Shown here: positions 36,786-45,015 of the stretch, piece by piece
Layout of the letters: each line of letters starts with the position of its first letter
How positions within the stretch are numbered: position 1 is the first letter of the stretch
Assembly (NCBI GenBank): GCA_041170505.1
Contig: JBEAYS010000078.1
Coordinates: 1 to 61,238, forward strand
DNA from: Cyanobacteriota bacterium
GTDB taxonomy: Bacteria > Cyanobacteriota > Vampirovibrionia > LMEP-6097
Length of the DNA: 61,238 bases
Direction: 5' to 3'
Made by a program: the position numbers and the translations under genes
The notes under the pieces: model-generated
Database searches by the model: none
What the model was told of the DNA's origin: nothing
Seen by the model: the letters and a program-made list of their open reading frames with translations, nothing else

Positions 36786-38896
36786 GTATACCTGCAGTAA
36801 AAGTTGCTATCTCAGCTGATTTTTTATCAGCTTTTTCAAAGATACCTAAACCACAACAATCAAAGGTCATGAAATTTGTTGAGGAATTTAAAGAGAATCC
36901 TCAATCATCAGCGATCAATTATGAAAAAATACACAACGTTAAAGATAGTAAATTTCGTTCTGTTCGTATTGATCAGGCCTATAGGGGGATAATTGTAAAG
37001 CCCGATGAAGGTAATGTTTATGTTTTACTTTGGGTTGATCACCATGATGAAGCTTATGCGTGGGCTGAAAAAAGAACTTGCAAAATTAACCCAGAGACAG
37101 GAAGTTTGCAGATATATTCAGTTGACGAGCAAGATCTAGTCATTAAAAAAGATAAGCAAGAAAAGGTTGAAGGCTTATTTGATGAAATTCGAACCAAGCA
37201 ATTACTGAGACTTGGAGTTCCAGAGGAATTAGTTGATTTAGTTAGAAGTATTAGTACTGATGTTGAATTAGAAAAATTAGAAAGTAAATTGCCTCAAGAA
37301 GCTTTTGAAGCCTTGTATATGCTTGCAGCAGGATTTAGTTTACAGGACGTATTTAACGAGCTTGATAAAAAGGATGAAGATGTTGTTGTTGATCTTAATG
37401 ACTATGTCAAAGCTATCGATCAAGTGGATTCTAAGAGAAGGTTCTATGTTATTGAAAACGAATTGGAGATGGAAGCTATTTTGAATGCTCCACTAGAAAA
37501 GTGGAGGGTATTTTTACATCCGTCTCAAAGACGGCTGGTTGATAAAGATTGGAATGGTCCAGTGCGAGTACTTGGAGGTGCAGGTACTGGCAAGACAGTG
37601 GTTGCAATGCATAGAGCCAAATGGCTTGCTAGTAAAGGAGAAAGGATTCTTTTCACTACGTTTACAAAAAATCTTGCAAAAGACATCGAAAGTAATCTTG
37701 GTAAGATTTGCTCTCCAGAATTAATGAAGAAAATAGAAGTCGTAAATATTGATCAGTGGGTATCTGATTTCCTCAAGAAAAATGGTTACGATTATAAAAT
37801 TGTCTATGATAAAGAGACAGAGAAATATTGGCAGGGCGTGCTTACTTTAGCTAATACTCAAAACAATTTATCGGAAGAATTCTATAGAGAAGAGTGGGAA
37901 AAAGTTATTCAAGCTCAGGGGATTAGAAGTTTGAATGAGTATCTAAAGGCTTCTAGGGTTGGAAGAGGTATACAGCTTAACAGAAAACTGCGCAAAGAAG
38001 TTTGGTCTGTTTTTGAAGAATATATTAGACGTTTAAAAGAGAATCATCTCAAGGAACGTGAGGATGCAATTCGAGACTGTCGTCATATTTTGGAACAAAA
38101 TCCAAATGCTATCTCATATTTTTCGGTTATCGTTGATGAAGCTCAAGACATGGGAATGGAGGCTTTTAAACTTATTAGAACAATCATTCCTGAAGAAAGA
38201 GTAAACGATATTTTTATTGTTGGTGATGCTCATCAGAAAATATATTCAAATAAAGTTGTTCTTAGCCAATGTGGGATTAACATACGAGGTAGAAGTAGGA
38301 AACTTAGAATAAACTATCGCACAACTGAAGAGATTAGAAAATGGTCAGTCGCTATTTTGGAGGGTGTTAAAGTAGATGATCTTGATGGGTCTGAAGACGA
38401 TCAAAAAGGTTACCGCTCCTTGCTCCACGGTTCTGAGCCAATTGTAAAAGAGTTTAAAAGTTTTGAAGAAGAGGTTGCTTTTATAAGTGCTTTTCTGAAT
38501 TCGGCAGAAGTGAATACTGATGAAAAATTAAAGTCAACTTGCTTGGTTGTTCGGACCAATAATTTGGTAGATAAATACAAAGAAGCCTTAGAGAAAGAAG
38601 GTGTTTCTTCATATAAAATTAGCAGAAGTTCTGCAGAAGATAGGAAACGTCCTGGTGTGAGGATTGCAACAATGCATCGTGTGAAAGGACTTGAATTTGA
38701 TAACGTTATAATTGCTGGACTTGATGATGGCAGTGCACTGTTGCTTAAGAAGGCAAATAAATCTGAGGATTCTGTCATAAAAAGAGAATATGAGCAGATA
38801 GAGCGCAGCCTAATTCATGTATCTGCCACTAGAGCAAAAAGACAACTGTTTATAACCTCGCCAAGAAAATTATCGCCACTTTTAAGTAAAAACTGA
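36782..38896 (+). CDS. SF1 UvrD/Rep-like helicase with N-terminal RelE/ParE-like small domain
   Basis: Walker A VLGGAGTGKTVVAMHRA (~37574), Walker B VIVDEAQD, C-terminal IATMHRVKGLEFDNVII. The N-terminal ~100 aa (QAYRGIIVKPDEGNVYVLLWVDHHDEAYAWA) resembles toxin-fold domains. Confidence 0.85.
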   Translation: MSIPAVKVAISADFLSAFSKIPKPQQSKVMKFVEEFKENPQSSAINYEKIHNVKDSKFRSVRIDQAYRGIIVKPDEGNVYVLLWVDHHDEAYAWAEKRTCKINPETGSLQIYSVDEQDLVIKKDKQEKVEGLFDEIRTKQLLRLGVPEELVDLVRSISTDVELEKLESKLPQEAFEALYMLAAGFSLQDVFNELDKKDEDVVVDLNDYVKAIDQVDSKRRFYVIENELEMEAILNAPLEKWRVFLHPSQRRLVDKDWNGPVRVLGGAGTGKTVVAMHRAKWLASKGERILFTTFTKNLAKDIESNLGKICSPELMKKIEVVNIDQWVSDFLKKNGYDYKIVYDKETEKYWQGVLTLANTQNNLSEEFYREEWEKVIQAQGIRSLNEYLKASRVGRGIQLNRKLRKEVWSVFEEYIRRLKENHLKEREDAIRDCRHILEQNPNAISYFSVIVDEAQDMGMEAFKLIRTIIPEERVNDIFIVGDAHQKIYSNKVVLSQCGINIRGRSRKLRINYRTTEEIRKWSVAILEGVKVDDLDGSEDDQKGYRSLLHGSEPIVKEFKSFEEEVAFISAFLNSAEVNTDEKLKSTCLVVRTNNLVDKYKEALEKEGVSSYKISRSSAEDRKRPGVRIATMHRVKGLEFDNVIIAGLDDGSALLLKKANKSEDSVIKREYEQIERSLIHVSATRAKRQLFITSPRKLSPLLSKN

Positions 38897-39112
38897 TTGG
38901 GCTCACGTATAACAAAGAGCTTGATCTTATTGCTCTAAGAAGCTAACCTTATAACGGAGCTAGAAATGGCTCTGGGTTTTAATCGCCCTGTCACAAGCCG
39001 TCTCAGAGATACGTTTTTGCATGTCCAGAGCTTTCGGGCTTAAAGATTGCAGTAGTCATCCTTGTGACCGATTGATAAACTCCTGGTTACTTTTTATTCA
39101 AATTAAGTAACT

Positions 39113-39145
39113 AAAAATCTCTCCCTTTGGAGGGATTTTTGTTTT
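39113..39145. terminator. Putative bidirectional intrinsic terminator
   Basis: aaaaatctctcc-cttt-ggagggattttt forms a 12-bp stem (one G-U pair) with a 4-nt loop. A T-run follows on both strands. It sits between convergent transcription units. Confidence 0.5.
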
Positions 39146-39187
39146 AAAGGAGTTAATCAAGCACAGTGAGTAATATTTTCTTAGTAT

Positions 39188-39487
39188 TTATAACCTTTCG
39201 GTATAAAAATCTACTTTGATATTTTCAATGAATAATCTTTTATGCTTGTCATTTAAAGCATTAAATAAATCATCCTCGTGAGCCGTTCCAGTGTATTTGA
39301 TTTTTACATCCAAGTCAGAATTCTTTCTAGGCTGTCCAAAAATTCTACTACCAAAAAGCTGGATACCTTGGATATCAAAATCTAAGCCTTCAAAATGCAA
39401 CTCATTATTTAACTGTTTAATATGTGAATGAATTATGCTAAGTATTTCCATTTCAGTATAATCTGGCAATCCTAAAACGGTAAGCAT
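39188..39487 (-). CDS. Minimal Pol-beta-fold nucleotidyltransferase (MNT-like)
   Basis: 99-aa ORF with the GS-x10-DLDV pattern (LFGSRIFGQPRKNSDLDVKI), characteristic of minimal nucleotidyltransferases. Confidence 0.6.
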   Translation of the reverse strand: MLTVLGLPDYTEMEILSIIHSHIKQLNNELHFEGLDFDIQGIQLFGSRIFGQPRKNSDLDVKIKYTGTAHEDDLFNALNDKHKRLFIENIKVDFYTERL

Positions 39488-39524
39488 AGAAACTATTTTA
39501 GTCTATTGTAGGCATCTAAAACCC

Positions 39525-40127
39525 CTACCCAACATCTTCCAAATCCTTCAGCTTCTTACCATTGTACTGCCAGTATGCCGCTCCTTGGTAGGCACCGCTG
39601 GCGTTTAGCTTACCTTTCATCTCCTGTATCTTGTAAGTCAAGGGCGAAAGCTTCCAGATCTGCTCACCGTACTCTACTTCCCGCTCCCCGACTACCTTTG
39701 CTGTAATTGTCGCATCACTAATAAAAACAATTTCCGCACCGTCCTTTATCCCTTTTTTGTAAAAGCTAAATCGCACACCTTGCTCTCTGGCTTGCGTAAC
39801 CTCATCAAATTCTTGGTCTTTATTCATATCTTGTGGATAAATCACCTTACACTCAAAACACAATAAAAGCTGTCGCACCAAATCATAATCAAGAGCAAAC
39901 AGTTCACTATTGCCTACTCGATGCTTGTCAAAAATCTCTATCAAAAGCTTTTCTTTGGCTGTATAATCTTTTAGCTCGACTGCAAAAAATCTTTTTAGAC
40001 CTGAGACATTGTAATAACCATTCGCCTCAAGGAACCGCATTCTTTCTTGAAAATTATCGGTGCCGCTTTGACCGATTTTGATCAAGCCCGAAACAGCGGT
40101 AGTCATGATGTAAATAATTCCCTGCAT
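39525..40127 (-). CDS. GIY-YIG superfamily (T5orf172/MUG113-like) domain protein with a small C-terminal domain
   Basis: N-terminal GIIYIMTT...LIKIGQS...RMRFL...EKLLIEIFDKHRVGNSELF follows the T5orf172 pattern. The C-terminal ~90 aa are unassigned. Confidence 0.6.
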   Translation of the reverse strand: MQGIIYIMTTAVSGLIKIGQSGTDNFQERMRFLEANGYYNVSGLKRFFAVELKDYTAKEKLLIEIFDKHRVGNSELFALDYDLVRQLLLCFECKVIYPQDMNKDQEFDEVTQAREQGVRFSFYKKGIKDGAEIVFISDATITAKVVGEREVEYGEQIWKLSPLTYKIQEMKGKLNASGAYQGAAYWQYNGKKLKDLEDVG

Positions 40128-40135
40128 AATAATTA

Positions 40136-40187
40136 TTAAGGATACACTGAAAAATTCGACTTCGTCGATTTTGCAACGAATCCTTAA
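40136..40187 (+). mobile_element. Family-1 MITE, internally deleted 52-bp relic
   Basis: ttaaggatacactgaaaaattcgacttcgtcgattttgcaa-cgaatccttaa keeps both ends but lacks the central hairpin. A further isolated end, cagtggatccttaa, lies at 40360-40373 in inverted orientation. Confidence 0.7.
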
Positions 40188-40192
40188 AGCAC

Positions 40193-40225
40193 GGGCTGGC
40201 TAATTGTAATAATGTAACAATTAGA
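40193..40225. repeat. Family-3 palindrome (CTAATTGTAAYAATGTAACAATTAG), copy 1
   Basis: gggctggctaattgtaataatgtaacaattaga. It recurs at 40271-40301, 53323-53347 and 54977-55006. Confidence 0.7.
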
Positions 40226-40270
40226 GTGAGCCTTTATGAGGGTTTCTGGCGGTTTTACTAGGGTTTTGAG

Positions 40271-40301
40271 CCGGGCTAATTGTAATAATGTAACAATTAG
40301 A
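40271..40301. repeat. Family-3 palindrome, copy 2 (direct repeat of copy 1)
   Basis: ccgggctaattgtaataatgtaacaattaga. Confidence 0.7.
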
Positions 40302-40369
40302 AAGTGCTGGTTTAGCTGAGGGCGCACGATGTTTTACTTAAACACTATATTTACTCAGCCAGTGGATCC

Positions 40370-41332
40370 TTAATAACCAGCAAGTTCTTTTTCTAGCTCT
40401 TCGATGCTTGGTAAGCTGGATTTTAGATGTTCGGGAAATGCTTTAGAGAGCTGGTATTCAGAGATCCCGATGGGCTTACCGATATCTTGCAGTGCGTATT
40501 CTGCGACTATTTTGTTTTTGTTCTTGCAAATAATAATCCCAATAGAAGGCTGATCCTCACTGGTTTTGAGCGTCTTGTCGATAGCTGATAGATAAAAAAT
40601 TAAAGATCCACTGAAAAATGCGACTTCGTCGATTTTCCAACCCTGAGCCAAGAAGGGATCTTGGCTCAGGGAGTGGATCCTTAATATTTTTGTTAAGCGG
40701 ATTCCGCCTCAAAACTTCGTTTTTCAGCGAATCCTTAATTTACCTGCGTATTCTGGCTTAAAATCACTTAGCTTCAGCTCGATCACGATATAGGCATGCA
40801 AGCGAGTATGATAAAAAAGCAAATCTATATAAAAATCTTGATTATCTATTTCTAAGTGATACTGCCGCCCAATAAAAGCAAACCCAGCTCCTAATTCTAA
40901 TAAGAACTTTGTAATATGCTCTACTAGAGCGTTCTCAATGTCTCTTTCTTGGGCTTCCTTGCCAAGGCTCAGAAAATCAAAGTTATAAGGGTCCTTGAGT
41001 ATTTGATGAGCTAAATCGGATAGGGGCTGAGTTAGAGTAGTCTTAAAATTATGAGTTTTGTCGGATAGGGATTGTCTCTGGTAAAGTTTGCTCTCGATTT
41101 GGTGGACCATTGCGTTGCGTGACCAGCCGTTTTTGATGGTCTCATTGATATAAAATTCTCTTTCTTTTTTATCTTTGATTTTGGCTAGAAGGGTTATATT
41201 GTGATACCAGCTAATTTGTGCAAGTACCTCTTGCACAAAGCTTAAATCCTTATAATGTTCGGCAAAAGCCCGCATGTACTTTAGGTTTCTTGTAGAGAAC
41301 TCTTTTAATGAGTGACTACCGCCGAAACGCAC
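40370..41332 (-). pseudogene. DUF1016 (YhcG-like PD-(D/E)xK nuclease) paralog, 5'-truncated and interrupted by MITE copy C
   Basis: ORFs 40724-41332 and 40370-40651 are the two halves. Removing 40600-40738 while keeping one TTAA restores ...PEYAGKLNFYLSAIDKTLKTSEDQPSIGIIIC. The first ~70 codons are missing relative to the intact paralog. Confidence 0.8.
40600..40738 (+). mobile_element. Family-1 MITE copy C, inside DUF1016 paralog
   Basis: ttaaagatccactg...cagcgaatccttaa, flanked by TTAA on both sides. Confidence 0.85.
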
Positions 41333-41366
41333 TCGGGAAGCGCTTTTTGCTGGGGTTTTGTGTGGG
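41316..41366 (-). promoter_or_regulatory. Conserved DUF1016-cassette 5' leader, copy 1 of 4
   Basis: ctaccgccgaaacgcactcgggaagcgctttttgctggggttttgtgtggg. Homologous blocks lie at 42488-42529, 43916-43967 and 45031-45093, each just upstream (on the minus strand) of a cassette start. Confidence 0.55.
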
Positions 41367-41381
41367 TTGATTGGTTAGACC

Positions 41382-42477
41382 TCATTTCCATGCTTTTAGC
41401 TCTTTTAGAATAAAAGCTTCTAACTCTTCTTTCTGAGGTAGTTTCACCAAGTATTTTGCTACAAACAATTGTTTATCCATGCCGGCTGTAGCGTATTCGA
41501 CAAGTTTTTGTCCTTTTTCGGTGCATAGTAAAATACCGATGGCGGGATTGTCATCGGCTCGCTTCACTTCGGCGTTGTAATAGGCGACGTACGTGTTTAA
41601 GGATCCACTGAAAAATGCGTCTTCGACGATTTTTCAACCCTGAGCCAAGAATGAATCTTGGCTCAGGGAGTGAATCCTTAATATTTTTGTTAAGCGGATT
41701 CCGCCTCAAAACTTCGTTTTTCAGCGAATCCTTTACTGAGAAAGATACTCATGCTTAAAAGCGTCTACTTTTAGTTCTATAACCACATGGCATTTTAGTA
41801 CACGATGATAAAAAACCAAGTCTATAAAAAAATATTCATCATCGATCAAAATTCGTTTCTGGCGATACTCAAAACAAAAACCCAAACCAAGCTCACTAAT
41901 AAAATCCTGCAAATGATTTAATAGACCTGTTTCTAGATCTTTTTCTTCAATTAATTTATCAGTTTTTAATCCTAAAAAATCAAACAAAAAAACAGATTTA
42001 ATCGCATCTAACTGACCAAGTCCCTTTTATCGCAGAACTCTCATAAAAATTGCGTTTTAGGGGGTCTTGTATAGTTAATAATTGTTCTATGTGGGTATAG
42101 GATAGGTTGTTTACAATTTTTTCTGCAGGTACACACAAATTAGGATTAAAAAGTGGGGTTGATGACCCCACTTTTGCGAAATCTGGGAAATAGGCAGAAA
42201 CATAGGATTTAATCTGAGGGTAGCATTTATAGAATTCTTTAAATCGATACATCGCTCTGCGATCGATCCCTTTTATGTGCTTGAATCGCTGAGCTAAAGC
42301 TGAGAAGAGCTTCTCACCATAAACAGCACGATCTTCCCCTTTTTGTTCAAATTCAACTATATAAAAACCGATCAACCAATTCCTAATCGTTAGTGATATA
42401 TTGACTGCTTTAAAAGCTTGTTGTTGCAGTCGTTCATGTGTTTGCTCAATAAAAGATACTAACGACTCGAAATTCAT
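41382..42477 (-). pseudogene. DUF1016 (YhcG-like nuclease) paralog with a frameshift/stop near 41990 and MITE copy D insertion
   Basis: ORFs 41998-42477, 41733-41987 and 41382-41567 are colinear with the intact paralog. Removing 41597-41735 while keeping one TTAA restores ...FKHEYLSQLNTYVAYYNAEVKRADDNPAIGILLC. Confidence 0.8.
41597..41735 (+). mobile_element. Family-1 MITE copy D, inside DUF1016 paralog
   Basis: ttaaggatccactgaaaaatgcgtcttcgacg...cagcgaatccttta. The right flank is TTTA rather than TTAA. Confidence 0.85.
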
Positions 42478-42540
42478 AGCGTAATTCTACCGCCGAAACG
42501 CACTAGGGAAGGGATTTTTGCGCTTAACATCTTGTCACGA

Positions 42541-43695
42541 TTACTTTTTATTGACTTGCAAAGATTTTTGTCTAAACAGATCCAAGTATTCTTTTAGTTC
42601 AAATATTCTATTTCTACTGCCGCCAGTTTTCTCTTGAAAAATTCCTAGCGCCAAAAATTTCTTAGCAATAGCACTTGCTGTTGGGAAACTTACTTGAATT
42701 AAATCTTGGATCTCATTTATAGTAACAACCGGTTTCGAAAATAATTTTTGTAATAGATCCAAGCTACTACCTGCTCTCTTGCCCATATTTTTTGTAATGA
42801 TATTTTTGTATTTTTCTTTTAGCTTCAGAATAGCTAAAAAGATCTTCTTAGAATCGTCCGTGGTTAGAATCATACCTTCTAAAAAAAACATAACCCAATG
42901 CTCTAGATTGTTTTGGGTTCGTACATAAGTTAAAGCGTCATAGTAATCTTGCCTATATTCTTCGAAATATGATGATAGATATAGGGCTGGTTTTTTTAAT
43001 AAGCCAAAATTGATTAAATACAAAATTATTAGTAACCTACCAGTTCTTCCATTACCATCTAAAAACGGATGTATGGTTTCAAACTGATAGTGTGTCACGG
43101 CTGCTTTAATTAAATGAGGGGTTTTATCAAGTTCAGAGTGCCAAAATTTTTCTAGATCACTCAATAAATCTGGTAAATCTCCTGGATGTGGTGGTACAAA
43201 GAAAGCACTATTTACCGTTGCACCGCCAATCCAATTTTGAGATTTTCTAATTTGACCTGGTAATTTTGTTTTACCGCAAACCCCGGCAAGGAGTTTTTTA
43301 TGAGCACCTTTTATTAATCTCATAGAGAGAGGGATATTGTTCAGTTCTTCGACAGACCAATTAAGTGCTTCAATGTAATTTAAAACCTCGTTTCTATCAT
43401 CTCTCTGCTCTAAAGGGATATCTTCTTCTTGAATAAATAGTTCATCGATTTCAGTTTTAGTACCTTCAATTTTTGAGGAGCTTGAAGCTTCTTTTGCAAT
43501 ATGCATTTTAACAAAGAAGTCTATGTCAGGTATTAACTCGGCATAAGCATTTAATTCACCAAGCTTCAGCATAGTTTTTTCCAAGAGTTGATTTATATCT
43601 TTATTGTGGAAATCAAAATCCAAATCCTTAAGCAGTGTTGGGTAAAAACTTTTATAACCTCCTTGTTTTTTATAAATTCCTGATTTAAACTTCAT
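42541..43695 (-). CDS. Fic-family protein (AMPylase-type) with N-terminal inhibitory-helix motif and C-terminal wHTH-like tail
   Basis: Catalytic motif HPFLDGNGRTGR (HxFx[D/E]GNGRxxR). SSKIEG matches the [S/T]xxxE[G/N] autoinhibition motif. Confidence 0.92.
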   Translation of the reverse strand: MKFKSGIYKKQGGYKSFYPTLLKDLDFDFHNKDINQLLEKTMLKLGELNAYAELIPDIDFFVKMHIAKEASSSSKIEGTKTEIDELFIQEEDIPLEQRDDRNEVLNYIEALNWSVEELNNIPLSMRLIKGAHKKLLAGVCGKTKLPGQIRKSQNWIGGATVNSAFFVPPHPGDLPDLLSDLEKFWHSELDKTPHLIKAAVTHYQFETIHPFLDGNGRTGRLLIILYLINFGLLKKPALYLSSYFEEYRQDYYDALTYVRTQNNLEHWVMFFLEGMILTTDDSKKIFLAILKLKEKYKNIITKNMGKRAGSSLDLLQKLFSKPVVTINEIQDLIQVSFPTASAIAKKFLALGIFQEKTGGSRNRIFELKEYLDLFRQKSLQVNKK

Positions 43696-43822
43696 GTTTT
43701 AACCTTTAATAAGCATCTTCTTTATTAAGAGTTTAGCTTCTAACCTTTAATAAGTCAAATTCTTATTAAAAGTTATTTTATCGCTTATTTGTTGGATATC
43801 CAGAAAACTACCGAGAGTACAA

Positions 43823-43866
43823 TGAAAAACGAAGTTTTGAAGCGAAGCCTTAAGCAGAATAAGATT
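43823..43866 (-). mobile_element. Family-1 MITE end fragment
   Basis: tgaaaaacgaagttttgaagcgaagccttaagcagaataagatt resembles the reverse complement of the MITE 3' end. It abuts a remnant of a DUF1016 gene start (43866-43905), where ATG has decayed to GCG. Confidence 0.55.
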
Positions 43867-43974
43867 AGATTTATCATTGATACTCACCGCAGCTTGAATA
43901 TCATTCTACCGCCCAAACACACTGGGGAAGGGATTTTTGCGCTTGATGCTGGGGGTTTGCTGTGGGGCGGGCTC

Positions 43975-45015
43975 TCACTGCTCTTGTGTGTGCAATCTAT
44001 GACGCGCTATTTCAAGAGATTGATGAAGCTTGGCTTGTAGGATTTCTTTTGGCGGTAATTGCGTTAGATATTCAGCTAATCTAATATTGCTCTTATCGAG
44101 CCCAAGAAGCTCTATGTGCTCTGCGTTTTTTCCGGCACACAGAATTAGACCAATAGGAGAATTTTCACCTTCGACCTGTTCATATTTTTCTAGATAGCGT
44201 AAGTAAAGCTCCATCTGCCCTTTGTAACCAGCCTCAAAATCACCAAGCTTAAGGTCTATGACCACTAGCGATTTTAGTCTGCGATGATAAAAGAGTAGGT
44301 CGATATAGTAATCACGGTTATCAATACTGATGCGCTTTTGGCGAGCTAAGAATGCAAAATCTTGTCCAAGCTCGGTGATGAATTTTTGTAATTCTACCAG
44401 GATAGCTGATTCTAAATCCTTTTCTGAATACTCACTTGTCAATCCCAAAAAATCCAAAAAATAAGGATCTCTAAAAACAAGATCTGGTGATAGTTTATCT
44501 TCGTCTTGTAACTGCTTAAGATCATTTTTTATAAGCTCTTCAGATTTTTTTGCGATGGCGGTTCTTTCGTAAAGCATTGAATTGATACGCTCACGCAGTT
44601 GCCGAACGCTCCAATTTTCAAGCTGACACATATGAGCATAAAAATCTCTTTTTAGCGGGTCTTGAAGTGGCATTAACGCTATTATATGAGTCCAGCTCAA
44701 TTGTCGTATCAGTGATACGACAATTTGTTCATTAGGAAAAACCTCGGCAAACTGAGTCATTCTTCTAAGGTTTTTCTCAGAAAAGGTTTTACCATAATCA
44801 TGGGTTAATTGACTAGCAAGCTTAATGATTGTTTGTTTACCATATTCAGCCCTATTCTCCTTAAGTATTTCCGTATAGATGCGCTTACCTATTTGCCAAT
44901 ACAGCAGTGTCATTGTCGAATTGATAGTTTTTGCTACAGACTTGCGTGCAGAATCAATTAGTTTTCGTAAATCTTCAAGCAGAATAATATTGGATTCATC
45001 ATTGATGCTCACCAT
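43975..45015 (-). CDS. DUF1016 / YhcG-like PD-(D/E)xK nuclease family protein (the only intact paralog)
   Basis: 346-aa ORF with YWQIGKRI, WSVRQLRERI, YYIDLLFYHRRLKSLVVIDLKLGDF...GQMELYLRYL and SPIGLILCAGKN, typical of the family. Confidence 0.85.
   Translation of the reverse strand: MVSINDESNIILLEDLRKLIDSARKSVAKTINSTMTLLYWQIGKRIYTEILKENRAEYGKQTIIKLASQLTHDYGKTFSEKNLRRMTQFAEVFPNEQIVVSLIRQLSWTHIIALMPLQDPLKRDFYAHMCQLENWSVRQLRERINSMLYERTAIAKKSEELIKNDLKQLQDEDKLSPDLVFRDPYFLDFLGLTSEYSEKDLESAILVELQKFITELGQDFAFLARQKRISIDNRDYYIDLLFYHRRLKSLVVIDLKLGDFEAGYKGQMELYLRYLEKYEQVEGENSPIGLILCAGKNAEHIELLGLDKSNIRLAEYLTQLPPKEILQAKLHQSLEIARHRLHTQEQ

Noticed and set aside
43789-44040. 83-aa plus-strand ORF between the Fic gene and the intact DUF1016 gene
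   Set aside because: It spans a MITE fragment, a decayed DUF1016 start and the conserved leader, and it overlaps the 3' end of the DUF1016 gene. It is most simply non-coding.
19895-45015. Search for a PLD-family (HxKxxxxD) DrmC homolog, an integrase or a transposase in the island
   Set aside because: None of the tracked ORFs shows these motifs. The HKD in FKYHKDRLGYD of the giant protein does not fit HxKxxxxD. This was judged by eye only, so absence should be confirmed with HMMs.
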